From a virus, in IMG/VR virus record IMGVR_UViG_3300026130_000003, positions 1-64,000 of that record: a stretch of DNA of 64,000 bases, one strand, 5' to 3'. This document shows, piece by piece, positions 18,579 to 30,900 of this stretch. How positions within the stretch are numbered: the stretch's first letter is position 1; each line of letters begins with the position of its first letter. The notes beneath the pieces are model-generated. The model did no database searches, was not told where the DNA came from, and saw only the letters and a list, made by a program, of their open reading frames with translations. The position numbers and the translations under genes are program-made.

Positions 18579-21248
18579 TTATTCCTTAATATATTTACCG
18601 TTAGCGGCTTCGTCAACATACTCTTCTGTTTTCCAGATGTATGGACCATAGTATCTTTCTGGTGGGTATTCAGTAATGTCTACATACATAGGCGCGTTAC
18701 CACCAAATGGCGTGCCTGTACAAGGAGCAGTGCTCTCTCGTGAAATATCTCTACGATGACCAAACAAAGCAGTGAATTGTCCTGCTACATAGTCAGAAAC
18801 TTCTTCAGATGTTAAACTATTTACATAGCCGCCTTGAGCGTTAGGATCAGTTTGTGTATTGTCGTTCGGGAACAATGCTGCCAAATCGTCAAACTCTTCA
18901 CCGAAATGCCACCCACTGTCTACTTCGGCAGCGTCATATCCATCCAAAGCATAGAATGTACCTTCGTATGGGATAAACTCTTCTGCTTCATAACGGTCTA
19001 CTAGCATTAGTTTAATGTCAACTGAAGCGTAAACATCATTGCGCATTGCCATAACAATGAATTCATTATTTTCATATCCTGGGAATGCTGTCGTACTGTA
19101 ACGATATACGGTCTGATAGAAATTCTTCAATCCACTGTATCCGACACCAGGAGAACCAACAAAGTTAATACTGCGTGTTTCAAAGTAGTCCATTGTTAAA
19201 CTTTCTACTTGTTGTAACATCCAAGACCATAACTGACTTTGTGTGTTTGGTTCAGGTTTTGATACCCATTCTGGATCATTAGGATTTAAGTTTTCATCAT
19301 AATCAAACAAATCAAACATCACATCTATACGTAATTGGCTACCGGCATTAAAGAAACCACTTCTCATTCGTTTACCTGAAATTTGATGTAGTGTAACATT
19401 AACATTTGTTACTTCCAAAGTTGTTTCATCCTTGACTACCTCAAGTTGTAAACCGAATGTAATTGAGAATTGATTCGATGTTATATCCGATTGTAATTCA
19501 GCAAGAGTAGGTGAGGTAGAAGCATACACATCCCCATCTATATTATAAAGATAGATTGGATAAGCGTTTTCTAAATCGTCAGCCTTATCAGGACCGCTGT
19601 ACAATCCCGAGAATACTGCTCCTTCAGAATTAGGAGTGCCAATAATTTCTAACCAATATTCAGGTTCATCAGACTCAACTATATCAGCAGGATGCGTTGG
19701 CATTATATTCAATCTGTCCTTGAAGTCAATCGTATTCATTGGGTCAGTGTTAGAAAAGAAGTTATTAGAACCTATATCAATAGAGTCTTCTACAACCTCA
19801 ACTGTGCCATTATTCATCGTATGCGATTGTCTAGCATGTAATATAACTTGGTCTCGTGATAAGGATTGTGCATCGTATCCGAATCTTGCTGATACTTCAA
19901 ATGTTTCTAGTCCAGTCCAGTATCTTGGATCGGGATCATTAATTGTGCCTACTGCCGTTACACCGCCAACTGATATTGTGTATGTTTCTGGACCAGAGTC
20001 TTTCAAACTGTCAAACGGATTAGTTGTTTCAAATCCGATTCTCTCTCTTACACCTTGTACTATAATTTCAAAGTTGAGTACTCCTTCAGGTATAAGTAAA
20101 GTTCCCGCCGTTGCGTCCCATTCTACTTTATTCGTAAAGTGTATGTCATCAGGAGAATAATCAATGTACGGTTCAGCGGGATCAATCCCAGAAGGTGATA
20201 TAGAGAATGGTATAGTTCTTGCACCATCCGTCTGATAGTAATATGTTTGCGAATCTAGTCTTACTACATGTGTTATAGGTTCACCTTCTAATCTTTCTAC
20301 ACTTGTTACTGAGGCTACTTGTGTAAACTCTACAGGAGCAACATAAGGACCGCCGTTACCAGTAACACCATCAATCGTAAATGTATACGCACTAGCAGGT
20401 TGATAGTTAACAAACGTAACTGTAAACACTGAAATTCCAGGCGGTACATTAATCACACCTGAACCATAAGTTACTCCATCAGAACACTCTACTGTACCAG
20501 TAAATCCTGAAGGCAATGTCATTGGATACTGCCTAGTGTTGAATGCGTGTTTAGTCATTTCAACGGTGTGCGCCATATTGATAGACTGTAAATTACGCCA
20601 GTCAGTATATTCCCAACCATCATTGTATGTTGTTTCGAATACTTGAGCACCAGTCGAGTCGTAAACAGGATTACCATCGTCACCTAAAACTGGATCACCG
20701 ACTGTCCACATAACCTCATGTGGCGGAGGACTAGGAATGGGTTCTTCATATTGTTTTACTGACACCCCGTTAGATATTGATGAAACTTCGATGGGTGTAA
20801 TAGAGTCCAAGTATATTTGCCAAACTCGAACACCTTCGCCCCAAATATTATCTTTCCACGGCGTAAGTACGCTAGGGTCAACTACCAAACGATTTTCAGC
20901 AAGTTTGTTTATATACTCAACAATTACTTTTACGAAATTGATTACGTCAGCAGGGTCAGGGAATCTAGGATCATTAGTGTCAATAGGCATTTCACTAGGC
21001 AAGCCTTGGTGAACACGAACTTGTTCCATTACACACAGTAGTCTATCCCAAGCGTCACGGTCAACAATTGAACCTGGTTCTAGTAACGGAATCAGCAAAT
21101 GCCTTTGCGCATAACCGTAACTGTCGTCAGGTATTGTACCGTCCATGTTCCAACCGCCTGGACCGACAATATTATTCAAATCTGTCGCCCAGTCGTTGTA
21201 CATGTGCCAGGTAATCTTGTTACCTATAAGTTTATATGATTGTGGCAT
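18579..21248 (-). CDS. Virion structural/fibre protein with Calx-beta-like Ig domains
   Basis: Follows baseplate genes; EG...H.V.L...DY...IP.GV..F...ETYTISVGGVTAVGTIND resembles Calx-beta-like adhesin repeats. Confidence 0.55.
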   Translation of the reverse strand: MPQSYKLIGNKITWHMYNDWATDLNNIVGPGGWNMDGTIPDDSYGYAQRHLLIPLLEPGSIVDRDAWDRLLCVMEQVRVHQGLPSEMPIDTNDPRFPDPADVINFVKVIVEYINKLAENRLVVDPSVLTPWKDNIWGEGVRVWQIYLDSITPIEVSSISNGVSVKQYEEPIPSPPPHEVMWTVGDPVLGDDGNPVYDSTGAQVFETTYNDGWEYTDWRNLQSINMAHTVEMTKHAFNTRQYPMTLPSGFTGTVECSDGVTYGSGVINVPPGISVFTVTFVNYQPASAYTFTIDGVTGNGGPYVAPVEFTQVASVTSVERLEGEPITHVVRLDSQTYYYQTDGARTIPFSISPSGIDPAEPYIDYSPDDIHFTNKVEWDATAGTLLIPEGVLNFEIIVQGVRERIGFETTNPFDSLKDSGPETYTISVGGVTAVGTINDPDPRYWTGLETFEVSARFGYDAQSLSRDQVILHARQSHTMNNGTVEVVEDSIDIGSNNFFSNTDPMNTIDFKDRLNIMPTHPADIVESDEPEYWLEIIGTPNSEGAVFSGLYSGPDKADDLENAYPIYLYNIDGDVYASTSPTLAELQSDITSNQFSITFGLQLEVVKDETTLEVTNVNVTLHQISGKRMRSGFFNAGSQLRIDVMFDLFDYDENLNPNDPEWVSKPEPNTQSQLWSWMLQQVESLTMDYFETRSINFVGSPGVGYSGLKNFYQTVYRYSTTAFPGYENNEFIVMAMRNDVYASVDIKLMLVDRYEAEEFIPYEGTFYALDGYDAAEVDSGWHFGEEFDDLAALFPNDNTQTDPNAQGGYVNSLTSEEVSDYVAGQFTALFGHRRDISRESTAPCTGTPFGGNAPMYVDITEYPPERYYGPYIWKTEEYVDEAANGKYIKE

Positions 21249-21262
21249 CCCGCTTTGTTACC

Positions 21263-21931
21263 TTAGTTTATTTGTATTGTTAGTGTGTACTCCACCTTGA
21301 TGTTTCTGTTTGCTGGTAATAGAATAGGGTGGAATGTTACATGAGTTACCATAAGAGACTTGTCTAAATCTATTTCGCCATTAGTGGTGACACCTGAAAT
21401 TAGAGCAATTTCATCAAATGTGTAAGTTTCAACTTCTGGTCCTGTAGACGAGTCTGTTTCAGGTGTTACAACACCGGTATATTCTTCTATTCTATCATGG
21501 TCCATATCAACTGTAAAGACTAATTTAGATGTATTAGCAGGAATAATTTCTTGAGCGCCAGTATTTGTATCAATGATTTGACCAGGATAAAATACTTCAT
21601 TCTCTGTTTGTTGATAGTAAACAGGAGAATACAATGCTGAGTTGGATGCACTAATTGGTAGACCATCATATACACCTGACACACGAGGTGAACGATAACT
21701 TATTGTAGTAGTGGACGTTGAACCGCCATTACCAAAACCCATCCATGTAATTGCAGGGGTCGCGCCACCCGGGTTTATGTTCGTGGGTTGGTCAGCAAGT
21801 GCTGATGCAATAATGTATGCCATATTACCTGGATGTATGGCATTCTTTTTCTTCAGCAGTACTTTGCCTGTATCTTTATCGGTGATTTTTACTTGACCGA
21901 TAATCTGTGTTTTCATTTTGTCTTGTAACAT
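21263..21931 (-). CDS. Baseplate/fibre-attachment structural protein
   Basis: GFGNGG...FDEIAL...THVTFHPI...VEYTL pattern; preceded by a late promoter. Confidence 0.55.
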   Translation of the reverse strand: MLQDKMKTQIIGQVKITDKDTGKVLLKKKNAIHPGNMAYIIASALADQPTNINPGGATPAITWMGFGNGGSTSTTTISYRSPRVSGVYDGLPISASNSALYSPVYYQQTENEVFYPGQIIDTNTGAQEIIPANTSKLVFTVDMDHDRIEEYTGVVTPETDSSTGPEVETYTFDEIALISGVTTNGEIDLDKSLMVTHVTFHPILLPANRNIKVEYTLTIQIN

Positions 21932-21975
21932 TGTATTTTTTCCACCATTAAATGTTGTTAAATATCTCTATCTTC

Positions 21976-21983
21976 TATTTATC
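21976..21983 (-). promoter_or_regulatory. Late promoter GATAAATA
   Basis: Immediately after the giant wedge gene stop. Confidence 0.6.
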
Positions 21984-21985
21984 TT

Positions 21986-24900
21986 TTAAATCGTATAGTA
22001 TCTTATAACTAAATTACGATATTCTGTTTCCATTAGACCTGAATACGAACTACCATCTCCGTTAGAGAAATTGATCCTATCTGATGGCACAAGTGATACC
22101 TCATCGATCCACAAATCCACAATGTTTCCGGTGTCTGCATTCTTAAGAATAAGTTCCATGTGAGTACTGTCGATTCTCCTTGCCACAAGTTTCATCCACT
22201 GACCGATGACAACTTTTGATCCTACAAACTTCCCATTAATTCTCGGACGTTGTTGTGAATCAACTAATCGCTCTCTCATTGGGTTTAAACCTAAAAATCC
22301 ATTTAAACTCAACGATCCCGCATCGCCGATACCATCGTTTGTAACACGGAATTCTACTTCGGCGTATGTAATATATCTATCTTCATTAAAAAGTAATGTA
22401 AGTGCCGAAGGAGAACCATTATCATTTATTGACAGAACCGTTCCATCTGTCGAATATTGCGAAGTATTATATGATGCATAATCGTCAAGAGTAACCCACC
22501 AATCTTCTTGTTGTGTAATTACTTGATTTGCTTCGGCATTTTGTATTCGCAAACTACCATATGCACCGCCAGTTGTACTGTAATTACTTTCTGCGTATGC
22601 ATTTGATATTCTCAATTTGGTTGGTGTCGAACTAAATTGCTGTATGAAATCATACTGATACGCATTATTACCGTCCGGAACTGTTCTGAAATATAACGCA
22701 TCATTTTCTATAAACCAATATCCGTTAACATTCGGGTATGTTCCTGTGTCTCCACTGTGAACAAGATTGGCTAGATCAGGGCCGTGATATATTCTACTCT
22801 TGAATGTTGCACTAAACATTTGTCGGGCTGCGCCCACTACATTATCGTTTGAATCTAAAAACTCATAATCAATTCTGTGTTCATCGCCCGTCCAATTAGC
22901 ATTTCTTCCGCCTATTAGATAAATCCAATCAGGATCTATATCAATTGTTGTAGTTCCTGTTTGATCCACTCGTGCTGGGAGTGGTGGTGCTTTATCGTAC
23001 AACCAGACATGATTAATATTACGGTCTAGTATAGGTTTGAAATCTATGTCATAATTCGGGTGATTAGTATCTGTCGGGTCAGCAACGTCACTTGAAGGAG
23101 AAACTGCCCAAACATAAGCAAGATAACCTTGAAGATCATCCATACTTGATGATGATGACCCTGATGACGGTACATTACTAGTTAAAGTAATACCAGTTAA
23201 TCCGCTCTTTGATTGTGGGAAATTATAATCGTCACGGAATACATAAACGGTATCACCACTAGCAATTTCACGATACAAGTTTGTAAACTCCGCTCGCTTA
23301 TTAATGGTCAATACATTTCCGTCTAATGTCTTGTACGACATAAATTCAGTATGTGTGCCATTGTTAATAGCGATAATAACACGGTCTTGCTCAGACGCAT
23401 TACGGAATATAGAACCGTCCGCTACTGTTAATTTATCACCAGTGAAATCAGTAACCGTAGTAACACCATTAACTATCATGCGAAATGCACGTCCCCAATT
23501 ATCATATACTTGGAATTCTAATATATCACCAGAACCACTGTCTGAAATTGTATTGAAAACTGATTCTTTGATATGTGTTGGCATCATGCCTTCAGGGAGA
23601 CCATCGGCTTCACTTGTATACTCATCTATTACACGTAGCAAAGAACCGCCTTCATGTTCATTATCAGTATCAAAATCTGCGTTACCATCTACTCGGTATT
23701 CTTCATATCGACTTTCACGTAGAACAAGTTGTACATGCTCTCCTATCTCAGGTAAGAATGATTTACCGTTGTATGAACCGTCAAATGGCATGTCTTCTTC
23801 ACGTACACCTTCAGTGTTAAAGATAATATCATCCCCTACTATTTTGTAGTATTCTGGGCGAAGTTTGTACATGTGTCGGATGCTAACACCGTCATTCTGA
23901 TACTGCGATTCAATTGTGTTAATTTGTGTTACTTCGTAACTTCTAGTAACTGTAATTTCATCATCTATCGCTGGAGCAGTAACGAATGTAATGGTATGGG
24001 CGTTGTAGTCCACTGTGTAATCTCTATCCAACACAAGCGTAGTTTCTTGTCCGGATTTTATCTTAACTTGTGTCACAACATTAGAATTTGCAGCAATCGA
24101 AATAGTAGCACTTCCATCACTCACAAAAGTTTCTTCAACACGATGAACTTCATAATCACGGTGTTCTTCTTCAACATATATATCAATCTCATGCCCAACA
24201 AGTGATGACTTTTCAAAGTATGACATGAAATTTTCTATCACGTACGGATTTGAAGCAGTGTATTCTTCTTCTATTACAAAATCAGCAACTTCGTACCAAC
24301 CATAATACATGTCGATATCCATATGATGACTGTCATCAATTGATGCTGTGATATCATCTTGTAGTGTGTACTTACTTTCTATATCGCGAATCTTAACATG
24401 GTAAGGTTTTGTCTCGTTGAAGTAATCAATCATATCTTGATAACTATCACGCTGGTATACCGCATGTTGAGCAAGTGGACGGTAGTTGAATATCAAGTCT
24501 ATGTAACTTGTTTTAACTATATCAGTCGCCTCTTGTTCTTCAGTCATACGGTAGTTAATCATTTCAATTGCCATTTCTTTTAACATATCATGTGTAGCGT
24601 AGTACTCCATCATAGTAAAGAATTCTAGTAATTGAATGCCAGTAAAGTTTTCGTAGTAACTTTGTGGATTGCCACTTGGAGCACGGTCAAAGTCAATGCC
24701 CATAGCAGAATCAGTACGATGAACAATTTGTAGGTTACCGTTAAATTCAACAAAGTATTCATCAATCCCATCTTCTTGAACTTTAAATGAAATTACACCT
24801 TGATTGTACAAGTCAATCATATCAAAGGATCTCAAACGAGATAGGTATTGATACTTAGGAGGTTCGATAAATTCTTCGGTTATTGCCCAAGGTTTCAGAT

Positions 24901-27900
24901 AGAATATAGAGTCTTCCACTGTGATATAATTTTCACGAGTAGGTGCGAATCTGTCAATGAATGTGAACTTGAACATATCATCGAACAAACTAGCAAAGTT
25001 TCTTCTTGCTATAAATGGATCGTAGAAGAAATTATTTTCTAGAGGTTTTACTTTGTATATTCGAACTACATCACCAGCAACATAATCACTTGAGTAATTC
25101 AACGTAACCATATCGCCATCTATAACAAAATTGTTAGGCTCTACTATGGCATTGTTCACTGTAATTACAAGTGTGTCGTAATCTGCGCTAGTAATGAAGT
25201 CATATGTAAATTCTATACCGTCAAACCCGTTGTCAATATCACCTTGTGACATTTCAACTGCTACGGAGTCAACGATTTCAATATTTGCTAAATTGTTTTT
25301 AACAATATCAATTATAACATCAGTTTCAGCATTATCAAGCAATTCTGAAATTAGTCGCCATTCAGTATGCAGACCGCCTTTCACATCAACTAGGTCGTAA
25401 TGTAAATCATATTTTACACTACTGTCACCAGTAAAATCATTTTTATGGTTAGTCAATACAATGGTATTACCGTCAATTGGGAAGAACTTGTATGATGTAT
25501 CGTTGTTCACCAACATACGGCGGATATCGTCTACCCTAATATTTCCAGTGTCTTCTTCGAATGCTTCCCAGAAGTAGTACTTGGTAATAGTCTTACCTTT
25601 AACAATATCAAAGTATGTATACTCATTGTAATCCGTCACGTAATCAGGTAGAATGGTAGCGGAAGACCAACGTTTTATTACAATTTGTGAACCTGGAACT
25701 AGACGGCCCCAATTTCTTCTGGCAAAACTTTGGTCTATGTTGCCCAGACGATCACCATAGTCGTTGTAACGATAGTATCTAACTAAGTTAGTGTCCCACC
25801 AAATTTCCCCTACATGTTCTTCATACCATGTATCTTTGTTTGATGTTTCATATTCATATTTTGCAGGGTCTTCCCAAGTAATAAACTTAATATGTTTACC
25901 AATTTCACCTTGGAATTTGCCATTCAATGGATCATATATATGATATCTCTGAATATTACCTGTCCCATCAGTTGTGACTACTCGTTTAACAAGGTCAGTG
26001 TCAACTCTTTCTGATTGTAGTGCAACTGTTGTTACGTTACCTTCTTCTGTGCGGAACAATACTGCCCAACGGTTAGTCGTGTAGTTATCTGCCCAAATGT
26101 AACTTGAACTATTCAAACCTAAATTAGTGTAGAATTCGTTGAAGTTGACACCGTTGTATCCAGGAGTGAAACGAACTGATTTCCAGCGCATAATCTTAAA
26201 GTTAGGGTCTGATTTAGCACTTGTATAATCACGTACTAGACCGATAGAATCTAGTATTTGTTGTGATGTACCGTCAAATGTGATAGCAATATCATCTGAT
26301 GTGAATATCATTCTTCCATCAGACGATACGGATACTGACACACCGACACCCGCAGCATTAATTAAGTCACGCATTACATACGCATCAACGATGCCTCCAC
26401 CGACAGGCGGAGTATAGATGCCTGGTGATATACCAAGGTCAGTCAATGCTGAACCCGATACGTTTGTTACGTCAACTTGTGCATTAGGCGATACAATGTT
26501 TATTACACCAGTCGATGTATTAAAATATGCTTCAGCAATAGCAGTATTGTTTGAGAATACAGCATTAATGTTTTCAACGATTTGTTCATAACCATATTTT
26601 TCAATATCCCCAGTGAAACCTAAACTTTCTAATGTACCTGTGTTAACATTAGATAATTGTATCTTAGGACCTTCTTTATAAATTTCGATGTAGTTACCAG
26701 AAACTACCGAAGCGGTAACTCCAGTTATACTAGCACTATTAATTTGGTTAACCACACTACTGCGAGTAGGTTCTTGAATCGTATTATATGTTCCTGCTGT
26801 AATACCTAGTATAGTAAGAGCGTTACCTGAAATCGTCATTGTAGGATTACCAGATTCTATAACTAATCTGTTACTTGAATCAGTGTAAGACGTTACGTTG
26901 GTAACACTTGAAGTAATGTCACTGGCAATATCTTCAAATTTAGTTCTGCGATACAGACTAGAACTTGTAAATCCAAATCCTGTAGATCCCACAATACTGC
27001 CTAACATTTCAAGATACGCACCGTCAGATTCTACAACCAAATAACCACCACCATTGATAGATGCTGATACTGCAAATCCAGCAGCATTTATACCATCAGC
27101 AATATCTTGTGGTGTAATTACGTTAGCCGGAGCATAGTCAGCAATATCGTAAGTTATTACGTTTCCGTTAATTGTAATTTGCTGAGTAGTTGTAAAGTCT
27201 GCTGGTATGTTAGTAGCCGTAGCAATTACCGGGCCTACTGTGACAGTGGTACCATCTATAGTGATTGTTCTATTGTTAGGAACGTTTGTTGTTTCAGTCG
27301 CAGTTGAAGTTAATCGTATAGAAGATATGCTTGCCGGCTGAATAGTAATAGTCACACCGTCAATTTGGAATGATTCCCCTACTGATGGAGCAAATGCGCC
27401 AACACTTGTAACAGTTAAACCGTCAAAAGTAATATTAGTAGTTGAATTCAGTAGTGAACCGCTTTCGTTGCGAACAGCAATACTTATTTGGTCATTCTTC
27501 TTGACAAATGGTATTGTTCTACTTCCTTCTATTAAAATTTGTACTTGAGCATTTGACTCGGTATATGTCACTGGTGTACCATTGATATACAAATTATCGC
27601 CTTCAGCAAATATAGGGAAAGATACAGAACCTATCGCTTCAACTCCGGTACCTTCAGTTGATGGTGACAATATAGAGTTAGAAGTCGTAGAATCAATTTC
27701 CACAGTAAGAGGCTCATAGTTAGTCTCGAATACTAGGTATTTGTAGCCCGAAGAAACTACACCGTCTTCTACAAGGTAGTAATAACTATTGATTTCTGGT
27801 TCAATGCCATTATCTACAATTCGCAAATATACCGGTTCAGATGTATTAACCTTATTTGTTAAAATTACATACAACTGTCCATCTTGTGTTTCCCCCACGA

Positions 27901-30900
27901 AACCTATTTCTGCTATTTCACTTAGACGAACTACGTCCCAATCACGCACTTGGTCAAATTGAACCCATGCTAAATCACCTTCATCTATATCATCAGAACT
28001 TAAGTCTTCTAGTTGCTGCTGGGTGAATACTTTGTAGTCCACATAACGGTCATCAACATAGCCTGAAGTCTTAACAGAGGCAGTTGATCGTTTGCCTGTC
28101 TGAACCATAGGATATTCTGTATTGTCAAACGTCACCACTAAAGGCTCAGATACCATATTTTTAGGATCAACCGATACTGATACAACTTGTCTAGCATCGT
28201 TTACTCCGTACTCGGCTTCTTTGATAGCCCATACATCACCATGTTCAACTTCGTCAATGTTAGAATTTTTGTTTACTAACAAATTAACACTTTGATTCGT
28301 GCCTTTGTGGGCAATAAATCCTTTGTAGAATTCCATTTGTGACTCAGGTTCTACGCCATGATTCAACAAGTATGTTGACGGAACATAACCCATATGGCTT
28401 GCTTTAAGGTTATTGATAATCTCTAAGTTTTGGTCTAGAATAGTATCACGGTATTTTTCTGTATCAGCAACCAGTGTTTCAAAGTTAGGAATTAGTTTCT
28501 GTTCCGAAATGATGTAACCGTCTGCTGTCATTGTACCATCCCAGCCTACTGTTCTGTTACAGTCAATAAGAACACGTAAATTCCTGTTATGCATTAACGG
28601 ATCGTAAATCACATCGCCGTAACTATCTTCGCGGTCTATTACCATAGCATGTTCAATTTCTATAATATCCATTGCCATACCGTAGATAGGTGTATTAGAT
28701 GCCCAAGATAGTTCACCATCAGTCGTTAAGAATTGAATTTGATTAAGTGAAATTCTGCTACCATTTTGATCAACTACACGATAGAAACCTTGACGGTAAT
28801 CACGGGTAGCACTTGCCACACCGAACGGAGTAGTAAACGAACCAGTTGACAACATAGGAGTTAAAGAAATAAATTCGCCCATGTCATGTTGTTGTTCACT
28901 CCAATCTAAGAACTTTTTCAACAAGTATTCGAAATCGATTAGATTACCATCAGCATCACGGTCAGTAAAGTCCCAACCTATCAGTTTGCTATATTCTTGG
29001 TAACCAATTAATAGATGTGCAACTTGTTGCAATGTTAAAATATCACCGTAGTTGTAAGTTGTCACTGAATCAGTACGTAAGTTATTGTAACCAGTAACGG
29101 TAATTTTATTAATACGTGGCCATTCCCCAAGCATCTTCCAATTACCTGCGTCATCACCAAAGTCTCTACCAGAAGTGTGCGTTTCTAAACAAACATAAGG
29201 TTTGTTATTGTACTGAATTACTTCGTCTTTGCGATAGTAAGTTGTTTCACTCCATGGTTTAAGGTCGGCTTGTTCACCTTCAGTTGCATACACTTTAATA
29301 CCAGAAGCAGTATCCCAATCAAGCGCATAGAAACGAGGGTTAGCGTCATCGTACCCATATAATCTGTAACCTACAGTCGAAACTTGAGGTTGCGAAATCA
29401 TAACCCACGCTGTATAATCAAATGTTAGGGACATGTCAATTTCCGCCTGAGTCGGGCTTTCTACTCGGCGTTTGTAGTACTTACCATCACTTGGATTAAG
29501 TACAATCATTCCCTTGTTGTAATCACCAACATTTGCAATATCATATGTTGGGTATTCAGTATCAAGAGAAACTTTTTCTAGTACGACGGCGCTAAAAAAC
29601 TCAGAACGATTAGGTTCACCTGCGTGTAAGAATATATCATAATTGTCCGATGGTATTTCGCTGTATCGGCTATTGTTTAGACTTGTGTTTTCACTAAACA
29701 ATTTAAAATTGTTTACAAACCCAGCAAATCTAGTACCCAATTTAAATTCATAATTTTCTAATTCTTGCGTTCTAGCATTCACATCATAACCATTACGGGT
29801 ACTAAAGAATGATATTGCTTCTTTAACTGCATTCTCGTATGTTTCAAACGTAGAAAATGGCTGTTGTAGTATCATAGAATTGAATGCTTGGTATGGGTAT
29901 TCGCTACTACGAATCCATGCCATTTCAATCGGAGAACAATCACCAAATTTCCAATTATCAGACAGGTATATAGAATCACGAGTAACATCTATGTCCAAGT
30001 TAAGTAGTTCTTGTATACTTTTTAATTCGTTTGAACTTGTTACTGGTATTGGAAGTTGTGCAGTGTATTCAGTTGCAATGTAATCAGTAAGAGCAATCCA
30101 GAACGATTCCGATGTATAATCACTACCGAAGTTTGTATCAAAGTCGCTAGGTTTATTTGCTAATCCCAACACTGCCCACGGATTATCGAAAATCGTATCA
30201 GTACCATAGAGGAACAGATGTATTCCTCTCCAATGCCCTACGCCAATTTGTGTAAAATTAGAATAGTTCCACGTCTTCCAATCATCAGGATCGTAGTTAG
30301 CATTTACTAGTGCATCTATGTTGTTTTTGTCCATCCATTTCTTGAAGAATGGATACATAATGTAATTTCTTTCGAAAACAGAGTATTCAGGGTTCGACAA
30401 ACCAAAGTTAGTAAATGGTTGATATGTAATAGCACCATTTTCTAAACTAGAAACGTTGTTAAATATTCTACGTTCAAACTCTAATAGAACATCGTCTGTT
30501 AAATCATTGAACATCGGTACTTTAGAACCATCATGTCCTAGTATGAAATTTACAGGAGTATCGTATTCATTGTCGTAAACGATTCTAGGAATATATAGAG
30601 GTGCTAATTCTAATCGTGTCGCACTAGGAGGCATGTACGATTCTGGTTTGTTTGTGTATAGTCTAACTTCAATTGTATCAGAAGAACTAGGTACGTAATC
30701 AGGCGAAAATATAATCTCGTTACCAGTTGCGGAAACTATATAATCTATGTTCAGCATTTTTAATGCCCCGTTAACGTAAACAAACAAGTCCTTATCTTCA
30801 ACTACATCATTTGCCATAGAAGGTAATAGTTGTTCTTGTATGCCGTCAACAACTGAAATAATTCCTTTCTCGTAGTGTACAAATTCAGATCCGAACACTA

